Notes under the pieces: generated by a model
Told to the model about the DNA's origin: nothing
Database searches by the model: none
The model's input: the letters and a program-made list of their open reading frames with translations, nothing else
Translations under genes and position numbers: made by a program
Part shown: positions 55,650 to 64,000 of the stretch, one piece after another
How the letters are laid out: the number at the start of each line of letters is the position of its first letter
How positions within the stretch are numbered: position 1 is the stretch's first letter
Origin: a virus
Length of the DNA: 64,000 bases
Virus record (IMG/VR): IMGVR_UViG_3300045541_000131
Coordinates: 64,001-128,000 of that record
Direction: 5' to 3' (one strand)

Positions 55650-57630
55650 GTGACATCCAATCGTAGTCGTTGATTAATTTTAATTTGTCTAGATCGTCAA
55701 AATACTTTTCGCCGTAATTGCGACCAGCAACTGCACCGCCTAATGCATAGCTACCGTATGGGCGATCTGCACCTACTGTGGTCCATATTTCTAGTCTATT
55801 TTCAGCATCTTCTTGTTCCTTAGCGTTAGTGATGCCTTGTTTTACTTTGGCACTTAACTTGGCACATTCTCTGAATGCACTGCGCCAAGTGCTAAACGGA
55901 CCAGTGTTAAATGTATTGACATTACTAACTTTGTTCATATAAATCAGTTTGCCTAGTCCGGTAGTTAAGTCAACTTTCCATGTAGTAGCTTCTAATAACA
56001 ACTTACGAGGGAATAGTTTAACGCCACCCCATCCGTACTCTAAGTCATTGATAGGGTTGATGCTGGTCCACAAATGCACACAGTCCATATTGAACACATT
56101 GGGACGATAGTCAAACTTCCAATTATCAATAAGCTCTGCATCGCCGTCGACTACATAGAACATGTCTGTAGTAGCCAACTCGGCAGCGGCCTTGTGCGCT
56201 TCAAAAATGCCTTTGACATTTTTAACTCGTTTAGCACTGGGACAAACTTCAAGCACACGCTGCCAATTGGCTTCGGCATTAGGCTCATTGTAGCTGATAA
56301 ACACCACATCATGATTATCTAGAGCAACACCAATATAGCCCATGGTTTTAACACCGGCGGGCTGTTTTCTTGGTGTTATCTTAGCAGCCCAAATCTTTTC
56401 CACATCTGTGTGCAGCTCGTCTGGCAGCATCCAAACATGCTCGTAGTTCAAATCATAGTAAGGTATTTCGTCTGTGATATAGTAGTTAAGCTTCGGAATA
56501 TCTTTGTTATAGATAATCTTAGGCGACACATAGCCCATATCCTTGACACCCTGACTGTTGTTAGGCTTTAAGCGCATAGCCCAAACATGATCTAGGCCAG
56601 CACTAAACTTGGGATTGAGATACCATACCATTTCATAGTTGTAGTCAAAATCGTAGTAAGGTAAGTCAAAGTCAAAGTCAAATTCTATTTCTGGTACATC
56701 AGGATTATATTCAATCATGGGTCTTACAAAGCCCATGTCTTTGGTGCCAATGGGATTGTAAGGGGATAATCTTGCTACCCATACCTTATCGTTAGTAGGA
56801 TTAAATTTATGGTCCAAATACCATACATGCTCGTAGACAAAATCCTGATAGGGCAATGACAAGTTAATGTTAAAGCCGACATGAGGAACTTCGTGATTAA
56901 ATTCAATTACAGGGCCTGCTGTGCCCATTTCCTTGTAACCTGTAGCAGTGTCAGGAATAAATTTTGCTAGCCAAATTTTATTTTCTTCGTAGTCGTATTG
57001 TGAACTTGAATCATGATTGTATCGCTCGTCTAGATTCCATACTAGTTCATAATTAAAGTCATGATGATAGTAAGGAATGTCGAACTTAAAATCATAATCA
57101 ATCTTAGGTAAATCAGGATTGTAAACTAACGCAGGCTTAATATCGCCCATGTCAATAAATTCTGTTACATCAACATCAGCTGCTCGAACTCGGGCTAGCC
57201 AAATCTTGTCCGCAGTATCAACAAACTTTGGATCTACATACCAAACATGTTCGCTGTGCAAATCTTCAATCTTAATTTTATAATTGTTTATTTTTTCTCT
57301 TAGAGCTTGATTCAGGAATTTGACATCTTCGTTAAATTCAACTGTCTTTTCTATATCTAATTCACAATGAACTAACTGCCAGCCGTGTGATTCTTTCCAT
57401 GAGCTCTTAAATTTTTTCACCAGCCATAAGTTATCAATAGCCCAAACTACACATCCGTCGCTGTCAATTTCTGTTGGGTCAATATAGTTTAAAATCCATG
57501 GATCATACTTAGGATTAACAACGACAAACTCGTCATTACCTGACCCGAGTGCGTGAAGTCTTCGGTCAAAGTTATCGGGATCCTGTTCCCAAGTTATATT
57601 TTCTACTATGCTTTTATCTATCTTAATCAT
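55618..57630 (-). CDS. protein with about 5 tandem 65-aa repeats and a C-terminal GT-A-like domain (paralog 1)
   Basis: Repeats YNxDxP..PYYD..YEHVW.L..KIW...GxKxMG; C-terminal FISYNEPNA, VVDGD, YGWGGVKL. Confidence 0.65.
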   Translation of the reverse strand: MIKIDKSIVENITWEQDPDNFDRRLHALGSGNDEFVVVNPKYDPWILNYIDPTEIDSDGCVVWAIDNLWLVKKFKSSWKESHGWQLVHCELDIEKTVEFNEDVKFLNQALREKINNYKIKIEDLHSEHVWYVDPKFVDTADKIWLARVRAADVDVTEFIDMGDIKPALVYNPDLPKIDYDFKFDIPYYHHDFNYELVWNLDERYNHDSSSQYDYEENKIWLAKFIPDTATGYKEMGTAGPVIEFNHEVPHVGFNINLSLPYQDFVYEHVWYLDHKFNPTNDKVWVARLSPYNPIGTKDMGFVRPMIEYNPDVPEIEFDFDFDLPYYDFDYNYEMVWYLNPKFSAGLDHVWAMRLKPNNSQGVKDMGYVSPKIIYNKDIPKLNYYITDEIPYYDLNYEHVWMLPDELHTDVEKIWAAKITPRKQPAGVKTMGYIGVALDNHDVVFISYNEPNAEANWQRVLEVCPSAKRVKNVKGIFEAHKAAAELATTDMFYVVDGDAELIDNWKFDYRPNVFNMDCVHLWTSINPINDLEYGWGGVKLFPRKLLLEATTWKVDLTTGLGKLIYMNKVSNVNTFNTGPFSTWRSAFRECAKLSAKVKQGITNAKEQEDAENRLEIWTTVGADRPYGSYALGGAVAGRNYGEKYFDDLDKLKLINDYDWMSHEFNEFYKHQ

Positions 57631-59099
57631 GTTAATACTTGAACATTATATTTGGTGTAAAAATCCCGAGCATCGTTAAGATTATTAACCATTGGCATGC
57701 CTTTAATGTTAAGACTTGTATTCAGTAGCATAGGGCATCCAGTTAAACTATACCAATCTTCTAGTAATTTTCTGAAACCCGGACTATCATTTTTGCCGAC
57801 AGTTTGAACTCGACTAGTGCCGTCAGCATGTATTATAGCAGGAAACAGTTTGGGCTGTCTACATTTTGCCACAAACTGCATATAAGGGCTGGCATTAATA
57901 TTTTTGGGCATATCAAAATATTCATGTACATGCTCTTCCAGTATAGCAGGCGCAAATGGTCTAAACTTTTGTCTGCGCTTAATGGCGTTGACAGTATCTT
58001 TAATCTCGGGGCCGCGTGGATCTGCCAATAGACTACGATGCCCTAATGCTCTTGGTCCAAACTCTGCTCGACCAGACGCTATGCCAACAATTTTTTCTTT
58101 TTGCAAAACTTCAATGGTTCTGTCAACAGGATAATTGCTGCCTAAATCGTAACCTAAATATGGGCCAGGCCAAGCAACATGTTCGCCAAAGTAAGCACAG
58201 ACAGCACCGATGCTACTGCCAGCATCACCGGGATTAGGCATGATCCAAACATTATCCCAGTCTCCAGTTATTTCACTGTTGGCTACACAGTTAAGAGCAC
58301 AGCCTCCCATGACGATTAAATTCTTGCTGGACAATCTTGCTTGGACCCATGTGCTAATACCTTGTAGCAGTTCTGTGTATATTTGCTGTGTGGCTGCGGC
58401 AATGTCGTAGATATCTTGCTGCCGCAGCAAATCTAAGCGCCAGTCTGGGCAACCTTTGTGTAAATTGCGTTTGAATTTAATATTAGGACCAGCTATCTTC
58501 TTAAAGAAGTCTTCATATATTGCTGCCTTAAGTCTATTAGGATCACCGTAAGCGGCCATGCCCATTAGAATATATTCTTCTTCGTTGGGCTTTAGGCCAC
58601 AGCGTTGTGTCATAGCACTAAACCAAAGTCCTACGCTGTGGGGATAACTTTGACTGTAATACTTTGTTAAGTTATTGCCTCGGCCTTGCCAAACTGTTAG
58701 CGTTTCAAATTCACCAATACTGTCGATACAAACTACCGTAGCATCTGAAAATCCACTAGTGTAATAGCCGGCAGCAGCGTGGCTTTCGTGATGTCGTTGT
58801 ATTTTTAGCGGAGCATATAAACTGTATTGATGTAAATATGACTTAATGTCGTTTTCTTTTTTCAGCCAACCTTGGCCAGCAGTAAATTGCCGTAGAGTTT
58901 TAAGAAATGGACTTTCATACCAAACGATCAAATCCGGGCGACCGAATTGTTCGGCGTCCCTTATAAGGCCTTGGCACAAATGGCCGTCATTCTTGATGCC
59001 GCTGTAACGTTCGCTATGTGCTGCAAATTTTAATTCTTTATCATGCCAAACGCTAACGGCAGCATCATGACTGTTGGCACTTATTCCCCAAATGTTCAT
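57627..59099 (-). CDS. Carbamoyltransferase (NodU/CmcH/TobZ family)
   Basis: HDAA, SERYSGIKND, HHESHAA, DSIGE, GGCALN, GDAG, EFGPRALGHRS, FRPFAP, LNTSLN. Confidence 0.95.
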   Translation of the reverse strand: MNIWGISANSHDAAVSVWHDKELKFAAHSERYSGIKNDGHLCQGLIRDAEQFGRPDLIVWYESPFLKTLRQFTAGQGWLKKENDIKSYLHQYSLYAPLKIQRHHESHAAAGYYTSGFSDATVVCIDSIGEFETLTVWQGRGNNLTKYYSQSYPHSVGLWFSAMTQRCGLKPNEEEYILMGMAAYGDPNRLKAAIYEDFFKKIAGPNIKFKRNLHKGCPDWRLDLLRQQDIYDIAAATQQIYTELLQGISTWVQARLSSKNLIVMGGCALNCVANSEITGDWDNVWIMPNPGDAGSSIGAVCAYFGEHVAWPGPYLGYDLGSNYPVDRTIEVLQKEKIVGIASGRAEFGPRALGHRSLLADPRGPEIKDTVNAIKRRQKFRPFAPAILEEHVHEYFDMPKNINASPYMQFVAKCRQPKLFPAIIHADGTSRVQTVGKNDSPGFRKLLEDWYSLTGCPMLLNTSLNIKGMPMVNNLNDARDFYTKYNVQVLT

Positions 59100-60187
59100 C
59101 TGTAAATAAAAGGATCCCGTTTTCTTAATTCAGCTAGTCGTTCTTGCAGTCTGCGTTGAAAGTCGGCTTCTTCTTCATCAAACTCACTGTCAAAGTTTCT
59201 ATATAACTTCAGAATGTTGTTGATGCGAGATTTTAATTCTGAGTTGAATTGTGTTGCATCAATGGCGGCAATAATATCTATGTATTCTTTGCTGGCAAAG
59301 CAATAATGGCCGCTGACACTAACTGCAACATCGCGATCAGTAACACCATCTTCAACCCAGCGATACCAGTATCCTTGGGAATAGACTAAATCGGCAAACT
59401 TTTCCCAAAGGTCTTTTGGAGCAAATTCCTTCAATAAATCTGTTTGAATTTTTCCCAGCTGCGGAGCAATATTCAAACTGTCAATGCCTGCTTGTACTCT
59501 TAAATTGATATCGTTTTCAGTAAAGTAATCAGCGTTGTGTTCTTTAAATAAAAATCCAGCGTTATTGATCTGTAACTTTGCTTGACGATTATGTCCAATG
59601 TCAAATACTCCGCGTTGATGTGACTTGGTTAAGCTGCCGGTTTGTGTTACAAAAAATTTAACATTTTTACTGTATTTGGCCAAAAATTCCAGCTGACTGT
59701 CAATTCTGCCCAAGCTGCTGTTTAAATCAATACCTGTGTTATCTTCACTGCCAAACTCAAGCATGATGTCAGGATTAAGGCCCAGTGTAAAATCAATAAG
59801 GTCAGTGGCCACAGCCAAAGGATCATCTTTTACTCTACTAACATCGATATGAATTAAGTCAAAGCCGTTTTCAATGTCTTCTTGAATTGTTTTTTTACAA
59901 CGAACAACTGCTTCGTTTAAAGTTAAGTTTCTGTCAGCATCACTAAAATATGGACCACAATGATCGCGACACAACAATAAATTATCACCGCGATATGATC
60001 GCAACTGTTCAGCTAGTTCTTTAGTCGTGCATACATAACCAGAATCAAAATCTACTTGATTTCTGCTGGCAATAATCATTAGTGGATAATATTTTTCTTT
60101 AGTGTAATCGGCTAGGATTGTAATAATCTCGCGACTCATTGGACCAAAGCCCAATTTAAATTTTTTAATATTGTCTGTGGAACTCAT
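59096..60187 (-). CDS. KbaZ/GatZ-like (tagatose epimerase/aldolase-related) TIM-barrel protein
   Basis: IASRNQVD...GY, CRDHCGP, IHID, EFGSE, KEHNADY, NIAPQLG. Confidence 0.75.
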   Translation of the reverse strand: MSSTDNIKKFKLGFGPMSREIITILADYTKEKYYPLMIIASRNQVDFDSGYVCTTKELAEQLRSYRGDNLLLCRDHCGPYFSDADRNLTLNEAVVRCKKTIQEDIENGFDLIHIDVSRVKDDPLAVATDLIDFTLGLNPDIMLEFGSEDNTGIDLNSSLGRIDSQLEFLAKYSKNVKFFVTQTGSLTKSHQRGVFDIGHNRQAKLQINNAGFLFKEHNADYFTENDINLRVQAGIDSLNIAPQLGKIQTDLLKEFAPKDLWEKFADLVYSQGYWYRWVEDGVTDRDVAVSVSGHYCFASKEYIDIIAAIDATQFNSELKSRINNILKLYRNFDSEFDEEEADFQRRLQERLAELRKRDPFIYR

Positions 60188-60887
60188 CGAATAATTCTCC
60201 TGGTGCCGTAATGCCAGTATAAATCTTAAACTGTGACAAAAATTGTTGCTTGTAAAATTCTATTCCAGACAAGTATTTAATGCCCGCTGTCTTACATTGT
60301 TCGGCTAAAGTATTATCTTTAATGGCCAAATCAATGACCAATTTTACACCTTGGGGCAAAAGTTCGTAAGGACTGTCAGTGCTGGCTGTTCCAAGTGCAG
60401 TAGCATTGATAATAACGTCCGTTGGCAAATCTTTATTTGCCCAGGTTCCTAATTTTCTAGCTGCGATGTTAATTTTGCCATAATTTTCTTCTTCTAGAAA
60501 TTTTATAAACATACTGGCCATTGCACCCGAACCTAATATAGTAATACGGTCAACATCATGAATTTGTTTGCAGGCCCATTCAACACCAGCTAAATCAGCA
60601 TTATGGCCTATTAGTTTTTTATCGTCGACAACGACAGTGTTACAACTTTGATATATGTCGACATATCCTGTTCTGTTATCTAACATGCCAAGTATTTCTT
60701 TTTTATAAGGCATACTGATACTAATGCCCGAAACACCTTCCTCAAGGGCATAAACAATACTTTGTCCTAAATTCTCAGTGCCGCGAGATTCATATACTGC
60801 ATCAATGTTGTAGTGTTCAAAAAATTTATTGTAAAAATACTGACCGGTTTTACCGGGATACTGACTTAGACTTATAAATTTTTTCAT
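60165..60887 (-). CDS. shikimate-dehydrogenase-like oxidoreductase
   Basis: SISMPYK, CNT, GHNAD, LGSGAMA, INATALG. Confidence 0.8.
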   Translation of the reverse strand: MKKFISLSQYPGKTGQYFYNKFFEHYNIDAVYESRGTENLGQSIVYALEEGVSGISISMPYKKEILGMLDNRTGYVDIYQSCNTVVVDDKKLIGHNADLAGVEWACKQIHDVDRITILGSGAMASMFIKFLEEENYGKINIAARKLGTWANKDLPTDVIINATALGTASTDSPYELLPQGVKLVIDLAIKDNTLAEQCKTAGIKYLSGIEFYKQQFLSQFKIYTGITAPGELFDEFHRQY

Positions 60888-61216
60888 TGCTTATATGCTT
60901 CTATTTTAACAATCTTACCTTCACTATTAAAGGTAACAATATCTACTACCTTCAATGCGTTACCGTCAACTTCAACAAGAATTTTTGACATAGATGTTGT
61001 GCCATAAACTGCGATTAGACTGGGAGTTACTTGTATATTTCCTACAGAGTCAAATAGTTTTTGATTAAATTCTAAAACTAAGCTGCGACCAGTATAATTT
61101 ACATCCCAGTCAATAAGTTGGATATTTTCGTCGAACATTCTTTTTAGTTCGGCAGAATCTTTGTTGCTAAACGCACGAAAATAATCCCTGGTTAAGTTTT
61201 CAACTATAGTTTGCAT
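60884..61216 (-). CDS. SnoaL/NTF2-like protein
   Basis: YFRAFSNKD...VVDIVTFNSEGKIVKIEAY. Confidence 0.8.
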   Translation of the reverse strand: MQTIVENLTRDYFRAFSNKDSAELKRMFDENIQLIDWDVNYTGRSLVLEFNQKLFDSVGNIQVTPSLIAVYGTTSMSKILVEVDGNALKVVDIVTFNSEGKIVKIEAYKQ

Positions 61217-62741
61217 TTTCTAATTCCTGAAAAAGTTTAATACCTAAATACCATAAAAACAAATCAAAAGGTGCTGTATGTAACGGGCTCATGTTCCAAA
61301 ATATAATTGGAACTAATGTTTGCACTTTTTTATAGTCTAATCCTTGTTCAGTGACAAACTCTTTTAATTGTTTTTGATAAACATCCGAATGATTGATACT
61401 AGGCACACCGATAGTTACAGAATCACCGTTAATCTCAAAAGTAAAATTGTGTTTTTTAATATCAGAATAATTAATTATAAATCCGCCTAGAATTTTACCA
61501 AGATCATAGTAAATGTCTCCGTATTCAACTACCCTGGCAAACTCATGTCTCCAATCAATGGCTTTGAATGATAGGTTGTCGTCAATGATAACATTGTCAA
61601 ATTGCAAGTCACCGTGTATAAATCCAGCAGCATAACTTGTTGATAACCAGTCCCAGTCAATTTTATCTAAATAATATTTGTAGTCATTGACTTTTAATCC
61701 ATTAACATATTCAACGGTTGAAAGTCCAGGATATTTTTCCAAGAATTTATTAATTCGATTTAAAGTTTTTGTCTTGTAAAAATCATTGCAAGCCTCTTGC
61801 AAATCCATATCAACGGGTTGCCAGAGATTTGTTTTTAACCAATCAAGAAATTTTGGAAATATAGAAGGATCGTCAAAATTATATAAAGTCTGTCCTGGAT
61901 GGAAATCATAGGCCATATAATTGCCCACATACTGGCAATTTGCAGGAAAAACATCAAGGTTGGCTTGAAATTTTTCATATTTCTTTTTAGATGTCGAAGC
62001 ATCTAGCCACCACTTAACTACACGATTATTGCAAATATAAGTTACTTCGTCCGTTTTACTAAAATCAAACTTTTGACTTTTACTCAATGCTGTGGTATAT
62101 TGATCCGCACTGCCAAAGTCGAGCCACGTATCTAATGTAGCAATGTCGCTACCTCGACGAATGATTGGTATAAACTCTGTGCCGTTATGTGCAGTCAAAT
62201 CATCAAAAAATCGTTGCCAATTATGAATATACATGAGGCCAGTCCATGCAGCCCAATTACTAGATTGACGTTGTTTAAAAGTAATATCCTCTATTGTATT
62301 GTCCTCGGCGATTTTAAACATTGTATAAAGAGCAGATATATCTTCGGGAACATGCTTTACAAAATAACAGTCGCGATCCTGCACTTTATCTAAAACAGCT
62401 TGATCAAAATATGTATCACAAGTCACATACCAAAATGGTTTATTAACGGCAGATTTACACTGTAATACACTATAACCAGTGCCGGATTTAGGACTTGTCC
62501 AATCATCAATCTCAATAAATTCTATATGTCTATCACTATAGGCGATTTGACAAAAGTCTTTAACTTGTTGCGCTAGATATCCTACTGGTATAATGAAATG
62601 AGTATCTTTGGGAAACTGCTCGATTATATGACTCAGCACCGGTTTATTAAGATAAGGCAACAAAGCCTTATTAAGGTTTTTAGTATAGTTTCCCATTCTA
62701 CTGCCTAAACCAGCAGTAGGGATAATTACAGTATTATTCAT
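61200..62741 (-). CDS. Bifunctional NTP transferase plus aminoglycoside/choline-kinase-like phosphotransferase
   Basis: IPTAGLGSRM..NKALL, WLDFG; C-terminal IHGDLQFDNV, IDWR, GDIYYDLGK. Confidence 0.85.
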   Translation of the reverse strand: MNNTVIIPTAGLGSRMGNYTKNLNKALLPYLNKPVLSHIIEQFPKDTHFIIPVGYLAQQVKDFCQIAYSDRHIEFIEIDDWTSPKSGTGYSVLQCKSAVNKPFWYVTCDTYFDQAVLDKVQDRDCYFVKHVPEDISALYTMFKIAEDNTIEDITFKQRQSSNWAAWTGLMYIHNWQRFFDDLTAHNGTEFIPIIRRGSDIATLDTWLDFGSADQYTTALSKSQKFDFSKTDEVTYICNNRVVKWWLDASTSKKKYEKFQANLDVFPANCQYVGNYMAYDFHPGQTLYNFDDPSIFPKFLDWLKTNLWQPVDMDLQEACNDFYKTKTLNRINKFLEKYPGLSTVEYVNGLKVNDYKYYLDKIDWDWLSTSYAAGFIHGDLQFDNVIIDDNLSFKAIDWRHEFARVVEYGDIYYDLGKILGGFIINYSDIKKHNFTFEINGDSVTIGVPSINHSDVYQKQLKEFVTEQGLDYKKVQTLVPIIFWNMSPLHTAPFDLFLWYLGIKLFQELENANYS

Positions 62742-63174
62742 GCTCATGCGCGATTTTGCCATGCTTACGACCCTTGTCGTCTTGTAATCTAATAACATCG
62801 TCTAGTTCAATAGTGCTGGCTTCGATAAAAGTCAAGTCCGTAGTAGCTACTACACGATGCACGTATCCAGGTTTAACGTCAAAAGCTACACCTTCAAACA
62901 AATCAATAACATCAAATGTGTGTTCATATTTTAGAACTTCTTCATCGGTCATGCCTTTTTCAAGAAATCCATCAATATCAATGATTTCTTTACTGCGATA
63001 AAGCTTGCCTGTGCCACTTAATACATACGTGGTTTCCATTTTTTCTCTATGCACTTGCAAACTAGTTCTGTTGCCGGCTTTAAATAAAATCTTCTTAAGA
63101 GCATAAGGGGTTCTAACTCCGTCGGCAATCCAAAGCTCGTGCCCCCAATGTTTATTAACAAGTTTTAAATCCAT
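62734..63174 (-). CDS. cupin (mannose-6-phosphate isomerase-like)
   Basis: KHWGHE, TSLQVHREKMET, PGYVHR, DDVIRLQD. Confidence 0.85.
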   Translation of the reverse strand: MDLKLVNKHWGHELWIADGVRTPYALKKILFKAGNRTSLQVHREKMETTYVLSGTGKLYRSKEIIDIDGFLEKGMTDEEVLKYEHTFDVIDLFEGVAFDVKPGYVHRVVATTDLTFIEASTIELDDVIRLQDDKGRKHGKIAHEHE

Positions 63175-63980
63175 TTATTTTCCTTGAGTTTATCTAATAC
63201 TATCTCAAACGCCTTTACATGTCCCAAATGACTGGTATGCCAGCTGGGCAAATCATCGGGGTAATCTAAGCTTAGTTGACCCCAATCAACATTAGCTAAG
63301 TTTTCCTCATTGATAAATTTTTTGTAATATGCGGGCTCATGAGTTAATATTAGATGCTTAACGTTCGCTCTTTTTAATAACTCATGTGCTAGTGTTAACA
63401 CTCCAATACTATATATCCTATTAATTCGTGGTTCATGCACTATAGTGGCAAAGTCATATAATGCCTTTATCTTTTTTTTGGGTTCCGTGTCAAATCGCTT
63501 ATAATATGCAGACTCTACGCCAGTTGACCCAAATTTTTCCCAATAGTCAATGACCCCTACATAATTTTCAGTATACATGGCGCCAGTATAGTCGGGATCA
63601 TTGGCCATTGGATTATTTAATACTATCGGAGTTCCATTAACAATATATCCGTTATCAAAGTAAGGAGGATATTGATGATAATTTACATCAGTGTTTTCTA
63701 GTTCCCCGTGAGGAAAATCATAATCTAAAGGAAACCACTCAACTCTATCATAGCTAGTATTAGATACAATGACTAGATCGTTGGTATTTGCTAATCTTTC
63801 AGCAGCATATTTTGCCTGCAGATATATGCTAAAATTTGTGCTAGAACCTTTAGCTAAATTGATTAAATCACAACCAAGATGATTTCGTAATAGACTTCCA
63901 TACGGCTCCGTTTCTAAGTTATGGCAACCGATGCCAATGCTAAAGCTGTCGCCGCAAACTATTACTCTTTTAAATTCCAT
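63165..63980 (-). CDS. SGNH-like protein
   Basis: CGDSFSIG, NLAKGSSTN, SWHT. Confidence 0.7.
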   Translation of the reverse strand: MEFKRVIVCGDSFSIGIGCHNLETEPYGSLLRNHLGCDLINLAKGSSTNFSIYLQAKYAAERLANTNDLVIVSNTSYDRVEWFPLDYDFPHGELENTDVNYHQYPPYFDNGYIVNGTPIVLNNPMANDPDYTGAMYTENYVGVIDYWEKFGSTGVESAYYKRFDTEPKKKIKALYDFATIVHEPRINRIYSIGVLTLAHELLKRANVKHLILTHEPAYYKKFINEENLANVDWGQLSLDYPDDLPSWHTSHLGHVKAFEIVLDKLKENKWI

Positions 63981-64000
63981 TTTTTAATCCACCATTCATG

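Noticed and set aside
59096-60887. Auxiliary shikimate or tagatose catabolic pathway
   Set aside because: No other aro or gat/kba genes are present; both genes sit inside a nucleotide-sugar operon.
1-64000. Stop-codon reassignment (alternative genetic code), as seen in some large phages
   Set aside because: Conserved genes are intact and coding density is high under the standard code; TAA, TGA and TAG all terminate genes at sensible positions.
1-64000. tRNA or rRNA genes
   Set aside because: Intergenic gaps are short and no T-arm/cloverleaf pattern was seen by eye; tRNAscan-SE or ARAGORN would be decisive.

Overview
A 64-kb segment of a large T4-superfamily-like (probably jumbo) dsDNA bacteriophage genome, densely coded in the standard genetic code. 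I saw no tRNA, CRISPR array or IS element. The + strand half (1-29.7 kb) carries replication genes (family B DNA polymerase, sliding-clamp-like protein, RNase H, DsbA/GapR-like protein, ThyX). It also carries a 7-deazaguanine DNA-modification cluster (QueD, DpdA/TGT-like, FolE, QueE; no QueC seen) interleaved with sugar and redox enzymes, and an early region of short ORFs each behind a repeated sigma70-type promoter, ending in an AAA+/VWA-metallopeptidase pair. The mostly - strand half (29.7-64 kb) is an unusual modification island: 14 radical SAM proteins of three architectures, 5 SGNH-like proteins, two 2OG-Fe(II) oxygenases, an SDR, three paralogous GT-A-like proteins, a carbamoyltransferase and a nucleotide-sugar module. 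All functional calls come from motifs recognised by eye; no database search was run.
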